Shown here: piece by piece, positions 23,201 to 36,420 of the stretch
Numbering within the stretch: the stretch's first letter is position 1
Layout: the number at the start of each line of letters is the position of its first letter
Assembly: GCA_964016885.1 (NCBI GenBank)
Contig: OZ024744.1
Location: 43,586,001 to 43,650,000, forward strand
Reading direction: 5' to 3'
DNA: 64,000 nt
Source of the DNA: Eledone cirrhosa
Lineage: Eukaryota
Position numbers and translations under genes: made by a program
The notes under the pieces: model-generated
The model's input: only the letters and a program-made list of their open reading frames with translations
Databases searched by the model: none
What the model was told of the DNA's origin: nothing

Positions 23201-24737
23201 AATTCTTCAATGCAAAGCACGAAGCCTGCGTTGTCAGAGCTAGGGTGCGTGCTCTCAGACACGAGGGGACGAAAGTCGTTCAATGCGCCCGAGTGGCGGT
23301 GGCGCGTCGTGGCAACAAAGCCACGATCCGGTCTTTGGTGGACCACGACGGGCGCATGCTACTCGATCCCGGGCAAATATGTGAAGCTTTTCAGCGACAT
23401 TTTGCTCAGCTGTTCGGGGGCAGCGGCGGGCCGGATCGAGGGATGGACTTTAGTGTCTACCTCGACGGACTGCCGCGGCCCTCGGCCACTGAGCTGGAGT
23501 GTTGCGAAAGGCCGATAATAGCAGTTGAAGTACGGGAGGCAATGACAGGCTGCACAAGGGGTAAATCGCCTAGTTTGGATGGTCTGCCCTATGAACTTTA
23601 CGTACAGATGCCAGATTTGTCCGGAGGCCTCTTGGCGGACGTCTAGTGCAACTGGCAACAGTGCGGGAGAATTCCAAGCTCTGTGAGCCGTGGAGCGGTG
23701 GTGCTGCTGAGAAAGGATCCGGACAAGGGGGATAACATAGATAATTCCAGGCCCATAACTCTGCTAAACACAGAGTTCAAGATATTGGCCAAGGTGCCAG
23801 CAAAGAGGTTGGCGGTTGTCGTTGGTGGTCTGGTGGGAGAGGCGCAGACATGCGCCATTCCAGACAGATCAATCCACAACAATCTCTACCTCTTGCGATA
23901 CATCGTAGAGAGGGTAGCTAGGGAACCTGGCACGGGTGGGTCCTTGATAAATTTAGATCAGTCGAAAGCCTTCGATAGGGTCGACCATCGTTACTTATCG
24001 ACAGTCCTGAGGGCGGCTGGCCCGTCTTCAGAGGCTGGATCGCTGCCATGCACAGCGACATCTGCTCTGTGGTGAGAGTGAACGGTCACTTTTCGGAACC
24101 GTTCAACATCATGCGCTCGGTCCGCCAAGGATATCCCCTCTCGTCCCTCTTGTACGTATTGACTCTCGAGCCATTACTGCACAAACTGGAGACAGTTGAG
24201 GGGGGGTCCCGCGCGAACTAGAATGCGGAAGATCCGTGTCAGCATATGCGAACGATGTCACTGTAGTGGTGTCGAACGCCAAACATATCGAGGCGATCGG
24301 CACTACACTAAGAGAATACGAAGTGGTGACAGGAGCAATGATCAACCAGGAAAAGTCTGTGGGCCTGCAGCTCGGCACCTGGAGAGGCAGGTCCATCCGT
24401 CCAACAGCGTCGTCGGGCGTTAGACGGACGGACCGGTTAAATTGCTTGGGGTCTGATTCGGTCCGGATACCCAGACAGACAAAAACTGGGACGGGGTGAC
24501 GAGCAGGGTGGCTTATCTCACCCAGAAATAGGCAGAGATGAAGCTATCCCTGAAAGGTCGAACAGAGGTGGTGAATGCGTACATCGCGTCCGTCATCTAC
24601 TACCGCCTGAGCGTCGTGCATTGTTCTAAGACTCGCCTGACTGCACTGGAGCGTTTGCTCTGTCGGTTTTTGTAGAAGGGACGCACTCCGATGGTCAGGG
24701 GTTCCATCTGCTGTCAACACTCGCTACGTGGAGGGCT
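20298..24737 (+). mobile_element. Family A variant (shorter ORF1 N-terminus; ORF1 ~20512-22181, ORF2 from 22216), 3' part lost by fusion to a family C copy
   Basis: 5' ggcgacttacgt; colinear with A copies up to CCQHSLRGG; RT motif reads YAND; junction GGGCT 24733-24737. Confidence 0.9.
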
Positions 24738-26883
24738 AGTGGATAGGGGAAGAGGGTGCAAGAGCCTCACCAAACAGCTCAGACGTTTTGAATTGTCTGA
24801 CAGGTATCGACTGGATCACCCGAATGTGCCAATGTGGACATGGACAAACCGCATTGGGTCATCCAGATCGTATCTCGATAGGGTATTCTGCAGAGAACTA
24901 GATAAGGCTAGTATAAGTTGTCCCCAATTTAAAATAGTCGACTACACAGACCACAAATTTGTGATTTGTAAGATCGACAGAGACAGACTTCATAGACAAG
25001 GGCCTGGTTACTGGAAGCTGAACGCGTCCCTCCCGGGTCGTAAAGCCTACAGAGACCAGATTAGCGTATTAGTTAAGCGGGCGTTGACGGGAGCGATCGT
25101 CAACAACAGGTGGTGGTTCGCCCTGAAAAGGGCAATTAAATTAGAGTCGATTAGGTTTAGCAAAGGAGTAGTGATAGAGGAAAATAGAGTAGAGGGAGAG
25201 CTAGTAAGAAAGCTAGAAGAGGCGTTTAGGACTGGCATCGCAACCGACGTGCTTGCGGCGAGATTGGCACTCGACCAATTCTTCAACGCAAAACACGAAG
25301 GCTGCGTTGTCAGAGCTAGAGCGGGTGCTCTGAAACAAGAGGGGACAAAAGCCGTCCAATGGGCCCGGGTGGCGGAGGCGCGACGTGACAACAAAGACAC
25401 AATTCGATCTTTGTCTGACCAAAACGGATGCGTGTAGCTCGAACCCGAGCGGATTTGTGAAGCTTTTCAGCAGCACTTTGCTGAACTGTCCGGGAGAGGC
25501 GGCGGCCCGGATCGGGGCATGGACTTCAGTACATACCTCGACGGACTGCCTCGGCTGTCGACGACCGCAGCACAGTGTTGCGAAAAGCCAATAACAGCCG
25601 GTGAAATACGGGAAGCGATGGCTAACTGCACAAGGGGTAAATCGCCAGGTTTAGATGGTCTGCCCTACGAGCTTTATGCATTTATGCCAGACTTGTTCGG
25701 TGACCTCTTGGCAAACGTCTACTGCAACTGGGAGCATTCCCAGTTTTGTGAGCCGGGGAGCAGTGGCGCTGCGGAGAAAAGACTCGAACAAGTGGGATGT
25801 TCTCGACAATTTCAGGCCCATAACACTGCTAAACACAGAGTTCAAGATTTTGGCCAAGTGTTAGCAACGAGGTTGGTGCTTGTCGTCAAGGGTCTGGTGG
25901 GAGAGGCGCAGACATCGCCATTCCGGACAAATCCATACACGACAACCTTCACCTCATGCGATACATCATTGAGAGGGTGGTTAAGGAAACTGGAAAGGGT
26001 GGGGGGCTGATCAACTTGGATCAATCCAAAGCATTCGATAGGGTCGACCATCGGTACCTGGCGGCGGTCCTCGAGGCAGCCGGTTTCGGGCCCGTTTTCA
26101 GGGGTTGGATCGTAGCTATGTACAGCGACATCTGCTCAGTTGTGAGGGTGAGCGGTCACCTATCGCAGCCGTTCAGCATCATGCGCACAGTCCGCCAGGG
26201 TTGTCCCCCTTCGTCCCTCTTGTACGTATTGCCTCTCGACCCCTTACTGCACAAACTGTGGGCGATGAGGGGCGTCCCACGCGAACTAGGATGCGGGAAA
26301 TCCGAATCGGCTTACGCTGACGACGTCACCGTGGTGGTGTCGAGCACCAGACACGTCCAGATGCTCGCCAGCGCTCTCAAGGAATACGAAGCGGTGACAG
26401 GAGCAAAGATAAACCAGGAAAAGTCGGTGGGCTTGCAGCTCGGCACCTGGAGAGGCAAGGCCATGCGTGGGGCGTTGGACGGACGGACCGGTTAAATTGC
26501 TCGGGGTCTGGTTCGGACCGGACCTCCAGATGGAGAAAAACTGGAAGGAGGTGACGAGCAGGGTGGCCTCCCTCACCCAATAATGGGCTGAGAGGAAGCT
26601 GTCCCTGAAAGGCCGGGCGGAGGTGGCGAATGCGTACATCGCATCCGTCATCTGCTACCGCCTCACCGTCGTCCCTTGCTCCAGGGGCTGGAATGTCTCC
26701 AGGCGCTCACTGCCCTCTCCCAGCTGGGCACCAGTATCGGTGGAACATCCACCTCGGCGTTCTATAGAGGACTAGTGCAGGGGAAGTGCGACGACATTCT
26801 CGGAGAGATCCTGGGCGTGGAAGAAGATCAGCTGTTTGCTCTCTTCCGGAGAACTTTCAGCCCTTGTGGCCAATAAAGAAATC
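24738..26883 (+). mobile_element. Family C ORF2 fragment (mid-APE to post-RT) with 3' terminus and internal deletions
   Basis: Colinear with 46958 onward; SAYADD near 26310; deletions at ~26684 and ~26860; ends ccaataaagaaatc plus ATT tract 26884-26897. Confidence 0.9.
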
Positions 26884-26898
26884 ATTATTATTATTATA

Positions 26899-29800
26899 GT
26901 TCTTTGTGTCTCAGTCATTGATGTTATTTAACTGGAAAGTTTGTTGGAATGAATATCAAGCCACTACCTGAAGCCTCAGATATTCAGGACGTATCGGAGG
27001 GTTCTTGCTGTTCCCAGCAAGCATGCCTTTTGAAGTGTTCCAAAAAGCGGGGCTGGACTAATTTTCTTTAACCATCCTTGGAAACTCTTTCAGATAGTAC
27101 CTAGTGCGCCTATGACAATCGGGACCACTTTGACTTCAGGGCAGTTCCAAATCCTTTTTACCTCCCACTTTAAGTCCTGGTATCGGTAAATTTTCTCCCT
27201 CTCCTTCTCTTGCACTCTCGTGTCGAGTGGGTAGGCTACATCTGCAATCAGACACGATCTTTTTTCCTTGTCCAAAACCACAATGTCAGGTATATTGTGT
27301 TCTAGTTTCTTGTCCGTCTGTATCCTAAAATCCCACAGCACCTTCACCTGATCGTTTTCTATCACCGACTCTGGCTTATGCTCATACCACTTCTCAGAAT
27401 GTGGTAAATTTTTACTTTGCATAGGTACCAGTGGATCACCCTGCCCATCACATCATGTCTCCAGCCTATATAGTTAGTCTGGGCTAGGTGTTTACACTCG
27501 GATACTATGTGAGCCACAGTCTCCTCTCTCTCTCTCTCAACAGATCCTGCACAGTGGGCTAGCCTCCTCCTTGTAAATATGGTGTTTCAGTCACTTCGTT
27601 TTGAGGGCCTGCTCTTGCGCAGCCATTAGCATTCCTTCTGTAGCCTTTTTAAGGTCTCCTCTTCTCAACCAGTTCCATGTCTGTGGATCTCTGAATTCCG
27701 TTTTCTCAAAGCAGGTACTATGAAGGGATTTTTCATGAAGGTTGCCCTTCCTCCTTGTTGTTATTTCCTCCTTGGACATCCCTGGTCTATTGTCCCCTCC
27801 TTCAGTACAATTCTGAGCTTTCGCCCCTTACTATCGGTCACGTAGGTTGTTTTTCTCCATCTGAACACAGTCCTCTATGCTGATAAGACCTCTTCCACCT
27901 TCAGATCTCCTTAAGTAGAGTCTATCGACATCACTCCTCTTGTGGAACATGTTGTAGATAGTCAATAGCTTCCTAGTCTTCCTATCCATTTCTTTTTGTT
28001 CAGCAACATTCCATCTCAGAATTCCCGCACTGTACCTAATAATAGACACAGCTCGGGAATTTACTGCACTTATGGCATTCCTACAGTTCAGATGTGATTT
28101 TAATACGCTCCTTACTCTCCGTATGTATTCAGATCTTATCAATTCCTTCATTTTTTTGTTCTTGATGTCATCAGCCTCCAGAATAACCAAATACTTGTAT
28201 CCTTCTTCAGTGTCAATTTCCTTTATCATCTCACCTGTTGGTACCTGGATTCCGTTGCTTCTGCTCAATTTACCCCTCTTCATCTTCACGCCTCCCAAGG
28301 ATCCTCCAGATGATGTTAACTCTGTTTACCAGGACTTCATACTTTTGCCCAACAACTGTCTGATGTTATCTGCCACCTTGAAGATCTCTAGGCTTTTGGT
28401 GATCCAAGAATGAGGCACCATGTCAAATGCCTTTTTGTAGTCTATCCATCACATGGCAAGACCAGTGTGTCGCCTCTTGCAATTCCTCATTACCATTTTT
28501 TCAATAAGTAACTGGTCCTTTGTACCACGGGACTTCTTTCGGCATCCTTTCTGTTCGTCCGGTAACAAGTTGTTTGTGTGGAGGTGATGGTAGATTTCCT
28601 CAGACACAATGCTTGTCAACAGTTTCCACATTACGGACAGACATGTGATAGGTCTATAGTTGGTAACATCATTACCCTTGATTCGCTCTTTCATTACCAG
28701 AACTGTGGTACCCTTTGTCAACCACTCTGGTAACTCACCTGACATCAAGCAGTCATTGAACATGGTTGTCAGTTTCGGGTGGAGGGATGTTACATTTTTA
28801 ATCCAATACCCTTGCACACCATCTGGGCCTGGTGCTTTCTAGTTGGTTAGTTTTTTGGCCTGTCCCTTAAGAGTTTCAACTGTGATACTCAAATCAGTTT
28901 GTTGGTGTGCCTGTTCACTAATCTCCTTTTGTACTGTCTCAATCCACACTGCCTGGTCATTATGTTTAACATCCTGCTCCCATATTCCTCTCCCGAATGT
29001 CTTAGTTTGTTTCGCCTCAGGGATCAAGTCGTTGCCTCTTTCTTTCCCTTCAAGCTGTCCAAACAACATCTTCTGGTTGTTGTCAAACATGCGGTTCTGT
29101 CTATACTGACTGACTCTGCTCTCGTATCGCCTAATTTTTGCACTCTTTGCTACAATGCGTTGCTTCAGTTCCTCTATGATTATATTTAGCCTTTTCCTCC
29201 TAGTTTTGTACTTTATTTCCAGACTATTTTTAGTGTCTATGTTTTTTAGTGTCTCATTCAGTAGGGACTCAAGCTTTGCAATGTCATTTCTCATTTTCCT
29301 GATTTGACCATTCAGTCGTTTCTTCCACCAAGGTTCTGATCTTTTATGCTTGTTGTTTCCTCTCGTTTTTATGCCAAGTAATTTCCTCACCGCATTTGCT
29401 GTTGCTTTGAGGATATTGTTGCACTGGTGAAGGCTCCTCGCCTCAAGGTATGGGATGACTTTGTTTACCTTAGCTGTTGTTTCTTTTAACTTTTTCCTGT
29501 CTACAAATCTTAGGTTCATAGGTTCCCCACTATCATTGTTTAATTCATCTACCATTAAGTTTAGGATATCAACCAAATCTTGTCCTAGCCCGTAGGCATT
29601 CACCTCCTCAATGGCCGTATCTTTGTTCCAGGTATTATTTATTTCAGCATTCAGATCACTATCTGCTTCGGATGGTTCCTCCGTTCTCTCGACCTCTTCA
29701 CCTTCATTTCCCACTGGCTCGTTTGCCTGGCATACTCCACTCTCCATTTCCAACCTAAACTCTCTGCTCAGTTCCTCCAGTTCCAGCTCACTTATCCACC

Positions 29801-30950
29801 CATTAGTTCTTATTACCCGAGCCTGCCCGGCCAATTTTTGTTCATCTAATTTAAATAGACCAATCTCGTTCCAGATGTTATGCATTCGTTTCCTCTAGCC
29901 TTTTTCCCTAGAGTTACTCTTCAGGTAACATTGCATAACAGTTCTATTCAATTCTTTCGTCCAGTTGGTGTTGGTCCCTTTCCATCTTCTTCCTCCGACA
30001 TAAGCAGTATTTGGTTGACAGCCAGGTACCTGCTGCTGAGCCAGGGAGCACCTGCTGGGTGAGAGTCTGTCACATGACATTACAGTCTCCACTTTACCGT
30101 TATTCGAACTGTTTAGGTTCGACTTTGAAACACTCTTATCGAGGATTGGTGAATGTATGGTTACATAACCACCGGCGATTTGATCACCCTCGGTGATTTT
30201 AGCCTGGCACTATCACGCTGTAGACGAACATAAATAAACAAACAAACAAACAGATTAAAAAACCCACAAATAAGCATAAGTTTCATTGTAATGTAATGTT
30301 TGAATGTCTGACTTAGTTTTTTGCTTGTCTGTCTGTCTGTTTGTTTTTCTTTTCTTTTTTCTTTTCTTTACGTTTTTCGTTGCTGCTGTGCTGTTTTGAT
30401 TTTGATTTTTGATTTTTTGATTTTTTGACCGGGTCACCAAATCAGTCTATTTATATCTTTTGATGCCTTCCTCATTTAGTGGCAGTACTATGATGCCTGT
30501 CTAAGCAGGAGGTAGTGGGAGAGAATAGCGGCGGTAGCGATAATGAGGCAGTGGTGGTGGTGATGTGATCGTAGTACTGTAGTGATGGTGTTGAAGTTGA
30601 AGTAGAAATAGAAGTTGTGGTAACTTGACTAGAGTTTTTGGCGTGGTAGTGGTGATGGTGGCGGTGGTGGTGTTGGTGGTGGTGTTGGTGGTGAAATTAT
30701 TTGCTTGTCTGTCCACTTAGTCATTTTTCTCTTTTTTGACTATAACATTTCTGATCCCAAATTAATATTAAATATTGGGGCCCTATGCCGTAATGTGATG
30801 CGTTGTCGCCTGCTGAGGATCAAAACTGTAATCTTATATTTCATTTGTAATAAGAATTATTCTATCACAGTTGTTTTAAATAAGTAAAAATCAAAACTTA
30901 CGGGAGCGATTCCATAACGATATATATCCACCATGTGCGTTTTCTTAAAG
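26899..30950 (-). mobile_element. R4/Dong-like RLE-class retrotransposon, family X, apparently with its 5' leader; RT core deleted
   Basis: Minus-strand ORF pieces 29895-30092, 28839-29885, 28449-28817, 27831-28298, 27591-27779, 27090-27422; leader 30100-30950 homologous to the family Y leader; ATT-like tracts at both ends. Confidence 0.88.
26976..30092 (-). pseudogene. Family X polyprotein (RT, CCHC, PD-(D/E)xK restriction-like endonuclease), disrupted
   Basis: NYRPITCL, EQKGC..RGTKDQLLI, RLYLRRSEGGRGL, AAQEQAL, PDIVV..IADVAYP..KIYRYQDL..VPIVIGALG; the QGDSLSP-YMDD segment is missing at ~28290. Confidence 0.9.
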
Positions 30951-30965
30951 TAATAATTATTATTA

Positions 30966-31683
30966 TTCTTTGAGTCTCACTCATTGATGTTAGTTAACTG
31001 GAAAGTTTGTTGAAATGGATATCAAGCCACTACCTGCAGCCTCAGATATTCAGGATGTATCGGAGAGTTCTTGCTGTTCCCAGCAAGCATGCCTTTTGAA
31101 GTGTTCCAAAAAGCGGGGCGGGGCCAATTTTCTTTATCCATCCCTGGAAACTTTTTGAGATAGTACCTAGTGCACCTATGACAATCGGGACCACTTTTAC
31201 TTCATGGCAGTTCCAAATCCTTTTTACCTCCCACTTTAAGTCCTGGTATCGGTTAATTTTCTCCCTCTCCTTCTCTTGCACTCTCGTGTCGAATGGGCAG
31301 GCCACATCCACAATCAGGCACGATCTTTTTTCACTCGGATACAATGTGAGCCACAGTCTCCTCTCTCTCTCTCTCTCCACAGATCCTGCACAGTGGGCTA
31401 GCCTCCTCCTTGTAAATATGGTGTTTCAACCACTTCGTTTTGAAGGCCTGCTCTTGCGCAGCCATTAACATTCCTTCTGTAGCCGTTTTAAGGTCTCCTC
31501 TTTTCAACCAGTTCCATGTCTGTGGATCTCTGAATTCAGTTTTCTCAAAGAAGGTACTATGAAGGGATTTTTCCTGAAGGCTGCTCCTTCTCCTTGTTGT
31601 TATTTCCTCCTTGGACATCCCCTGGTCTATTGTCCTCTCCTTCAGTATAGTTCTGAGCATTGGCTCCTTACTATCAGTCACGT
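30966..31683 (-). mobile_element. 5'-truncated family X copy with an internal deletion at ~31331
   Basis: Matches 26899-27843; SPLCRICG..ETVAHIVSE, VDVACPFD..KINRYQDL. Confidence 0.92.
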
Positions 31684-31684
31684 A

Positions 31685-31752
<68 letters not shown>
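31685..31752 (+). repeat. (ATT)n spacer
   Basis: Directly visible. Confidence 0.98.
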
Positions 31753-34700
31753 GGGACGCACATATGTGAAGACAGTACAAATCTGCGGGGGAAAATGTTC
31801 GTAATTTAAGCTGTTTTAAAGTGCCATTTTTTTGTATTTTCTTGTCGTTACCGAAACTTAAGGTACACATCTTGATTTAAAGAGAGGGATACCTCTCAAT
31901 ATTCGGGCTTTAAGCCCGAATATTCAGATTTATTTTTAAAAAACTTCGAAAAAAATCGCTTCCCCACCAAAAAAAAAATGGAAATTTTCGACCTTGAAAC
32001 GGTAAACAACGTTCAGGTCAAAAGTTTAAAGGCAGCCACTGTAGATTTCACCACGACTACGACGGCTACAGTCATGCCTGTCATCCACTCTACTGAATGT
32101 GAAGGCAAAACTCAACCTTCTGTGATAGCAGCAGTATCATCTGAGAACGACATCACCACCACCACCGACGCCATCGCCACCACCACCGCCACCACCACCA
32201 CCACAACAACAATTCAGAGCAATAACGACAATAACACCGACAGCTTCAATGTAAACACGGATGGCGGTGGCAACAGCATCAACAAACAAAACAACAATAA
32301 CAACAACAATAACAACAGCAAGAATGACAACACCAACAACAAGAGCATCAGAAGCACCACATTTGCTGCAGCAGCAGCAAAAACAAAGCGCTTATTGAAT
32401 ATTGATATTGATATTAGCGATAAAGACGAACAGTTGGCACAAGCGTGGAGGCTAATTAAACGGGAGAAGTCCTGGGCAAACCTGACCATCCCGGACGGGG
32501 CAATAGCGGCCATGCAAAGGAGGACGGTGTACTTTCGCTGCATTTCGGTGCAGATACGAAAAGTGGAACTTGTCAGCCAAGCAGAGGTTGAGGCTGCTTT
32601 GGAGTACATCGGAAGTAACATAGAGTATAAAGCAAGAGGCAAACAGTTCGGTACCATCTCGGTACTGTTCAAAACCGAGGCCCTCGTTATTAAGCACTCG
32701 GTGACCCCCTGCAGAACGGAACGCATTATCATGCATCCGTCCTACATGGGTAAAAGGACAGTAAAGGTCCGCATTCCCAGCATCCCACCAGGAATGAACA
32801 TATGGTGGCTGCCGGGATGCGTAATCGAGGAGGGGACAGACACTACCCTCCTGGATATGAAAAGGACAGAGAGAGAGGACTGGTCCGGAATGGATTTGGA
32901 GATTCTTCTCCAAATGAAACCGGAGGACATGAACAACATCCCGGATTTTGCCCGCCTGCAGGACGGGACAACAATCCAACTAATCATTGATAGAAGAAGG
33001 CCACGCTGCTTCGTCTGATGGGAAGCAACGCATCCGCAAGCCTTCTGCCCTCAGTGCAAAAATGCAGGGGCTCGCAAACCTCCTTTGTTGCCAACGCCAG
33101 TGTCAGCACGGAAAGCTGCACCACCACCACCACCAAAAACAACACCAACAAAGACACGGACACCAACATCAAAAACAGCTGGATCACCACCAACACCAAA
33201 ACCAATCCAAGGGGAAAACGAGGAAAGCTCTCCCACTCCCCCTAACCCCCAATTATACACATAGACAAAACAATAAACGCACACACAGACACAGAGACAT
33301 TCACAGCCACAGACCCTTTGTCTTCCAGCAGCGAAGATGAAGGAAAACCCAAAAGTGCAAAAAAAAACAGAGAAAACTCACAAAAAAACCCCAACAAAAC
33401 AAAAGCATACACAACAAAAAATACAGACACCACTAACGCAAACACTTCCCCAATAACATCAGCACCAACAGCAACATCGACACCACCCCCACAATCCCCG
33501 AAACGCAAACAACCTAAACAAACACAAGTACAAATAAACACACAAATACCTGAAATTGCAGACACCACACCTACAACAAACACAAACATACCTGAAACAA
33601 CACCACCAAAACCATCACCACCACAGTCACCAAAACGAAAACAAATAAAACCACACCAACGAAATGTTAAAAACTTCGTGCTTGTCAGAAGGGCCAACAA
33701 TAAACTGATGGCCCTCTTAGCACGAACGAGGACATTCAAACAGAGGGGGAGATTTTTTAAATGAGCACATTTTGCGTGCCAGAAGATTTGCTTCTGGTCG
33801 GATTGTCAGTCAATTCCTTCAAAGAAATTCGAGAGAGCTTTCCTCAAGACGTGGGAACCCCGAATGTGAAACCCACATCGAGACTTTTAAATGGGTTCCC
33901 AAAAGAAACCCCACCAACCATGGAGGTCGAATCACCCGACCTTCACAAGACTCCGGGAGGTAAGTAAACCTTCCCTCTCTCTCTTAGCTTACGAACATGG
34001 CCATATTAAGAGTAGGAAGCTTAAATGTTCGCGGCCTGGTGTCACCCTGGAAGCAGGGTCGCCTGCTCAACGACCTCAGGTCGCTTGAAATGGATGTGAT
34101 TGTCGTCAGCGAGACCAGAATTTCCGACACGCGCGCACTAGCCGCCATTTTCGACGACTATCAGATCTTCGCATCTGTTAGCAGACCGGGAATGGGGGTG
34201 GGGGGGAGGGCTGTTCTGTTTAGGAAAGGATTGGATCTCGAGGTAAGGTCGATCTTCCGGGACCTGGACAGTAAGTTGGTGGTCTTGGATGTCAGCAGTA
34301 GCGAAGGTGGTGCCTTTAGACTGCTGGTCGTCTACGCTCCTACAGGGGCCGGACGACGGACTTCTTTAGGCGCCTGGAGACCTTTCTGGGTACGTCTCGC
34401 CCTTTACTGTTAGCAGGGGACTGGAATGGCATATTAGACGCACGCTGTGATTGTGTGGGAGTAGCCGATAGGAGCGGGGGGTTCAAAAGCCTCAAGCACC
34501 TACTCAGCCAGTTCCAAATGTCTGACAGGTATCGACTAGATTTCCCCAATGTGCCAGTATGGACATGGACCAACCGCATAGGGTCATCTAGATCGTATAT
34601 AGACAGGATCTTCATTAGGAAAATAGATAGAAATAGTGTGGGCTGCCCACTTTTTAAAACGGTCGCTTATTCAGATCACAAATTTGTGATCTGTACGGTC

Positions 34701-36420
34701 GACCTAGATAAAACGTGTAGGTTAGGACCTGGTTACTGGAAGCTGAACATGTCATTTCCGGCACGTAAGGCTTACAGGGACCGAGTCAACAATTTAGTTA
34801 AGCAAAAGTTGACAGGGGGGATCATCAACAACAGATGGTGGTGGTGGTGGTGGTGGTGGTGGGGGGGCTCTCAAAAGAGAGATTAGAGTAACTTCGATAG
34901 AGTTCAGCAAAGAACTAGTGTTAGAGAAATATAGAAAGAAGGGGGAGCTGATAGATAAGTTAGACGAGGCTATTTGTAGTGGCATTGCAACTGACGTGCT
35001 AGTGGCGAGAATGGCATTATACCATCTCTTCAATGCGAAACACGAAGGTTGCATTGTCAGAGCTAAGGCGCGTGCGCTGAGAAACGAGGGAACCAAAGCT
35101 GTTCGATGGGCCCGCGTGGCGGAAGCGCAGCGTGGTAATAAAACAACAATTTGGTCTTTGGCGAACCGAGACGGACACGAGATAAGCGATTCCATGCGGA
35201 TGTGTGAGGCCTTTTGCCAGCACTTTGCTCGGTTGTTCGGGGAGAGCGGTGAGTCAGAGAGAGTAGCGGATTTCAGTCCCTACCTTGACGGCTTGCCGCG
35301 CATCTCGTCGGTCGACGCTGAGGGCTGCGAAAGGCCGATTAGTTCAGCCGAAATTCAGGACGCCCTTGTCGGCTGCATGAGGCGCAAGTCACCCGGTTTG
35401 GATGGTCTGCCATACGAGCTTTACGTAAATATGACAGACTTGTTCTCAAATCTCCTCGAAGCACTCTACTGCAACTGGCAGCAAAATGGGAGTATTCTCA
35501 GTTCTGTGAGCAGGGGAGTGGTGACGCTATAAGGAAAGACGAGAACAAGAGGGATACATTAGACAACTTCAGGCCCATAACTCTGCTCACCACAGAGTTT
35601 AAGATTTTGGCCAAGGTGTTTGCAAAGAGATTGGCGCTTGTCATCGAGGATTTGGTTGGGGAGGCGCAAACTTGCGCAATCCCAGCCAGGTCCATACACG
35701 ACAATCTCCACCTCATGCGCTACATCATAGAGAGGGTAGGGTGTAAACCTGGCTTCAGTGGGGGCACTGATCAATTTAGATCAATCGAAAGCATTCGATA
35801 CGGTCGACCATCGGTATCTGGAGTTTGTCCTCAGAGCAGCTGGCTTCGGCCCTGTCTTCAGAAGCTGGATCGCTGCAATGCACAGCGGAACACGTTCGGT
35901 GGTCAAGGTTAATGGCCACCTCTCGGAACCATTTCGGCTCTCCCGATCGGTCCGTCAAGGGTTCCCTCTCTCTTCCCTTCTGTACGTATTCACTCTCGAG
36001 CCTTTACTGCGGAAGTGTTGCAGGGCATCCCGCTCGAACCGGGACGTGGAAAGGCGGTGTCGGCTTATGCGGACATCACCGTGATGGTGTCGAACACCTC
36101 AGAAATCGAGGTGGTCGGCACCTTATTGAAGGAATATGAAAGGTTGACAGGAGCCAAATTTAACCCGGAAAAGTCGGTGGGCTTGCAGCTCGAAACCTGG
36201 AGAGGCAAGCCTATGCCGTCCAACAGCGTCGTGGGGCGCTGGACGGACGGACCGGTAAAGTTGCTCGGGGTTTGGTTCGGACCAGACCTCCAGGTGGAAA
36301 AGAATTGGGACGAGGTAACGAGCAGAGTAGCCAGTCTCACCCAAAAATGGGCTGGGAGGAAGCTATCACTGAAAGGTCGCGCGGAGGTGGCGAATTCGTA
36401 CATCGCGTCCGTATTCTACT
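31753..36420 (+). mobile_element. Family B Tx1-like element (ORF1 31978-33967, ORF2 from 33997), 3' part lost by fusion to a family A copy
   Basis: 346 aa ORF1 piece with RRM-like GTISVLFKTE and RPRCFV (knuckle broken by a stop); APE and RT motifs; stops abruptly after IASVFYY. Confidence 0.92.
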
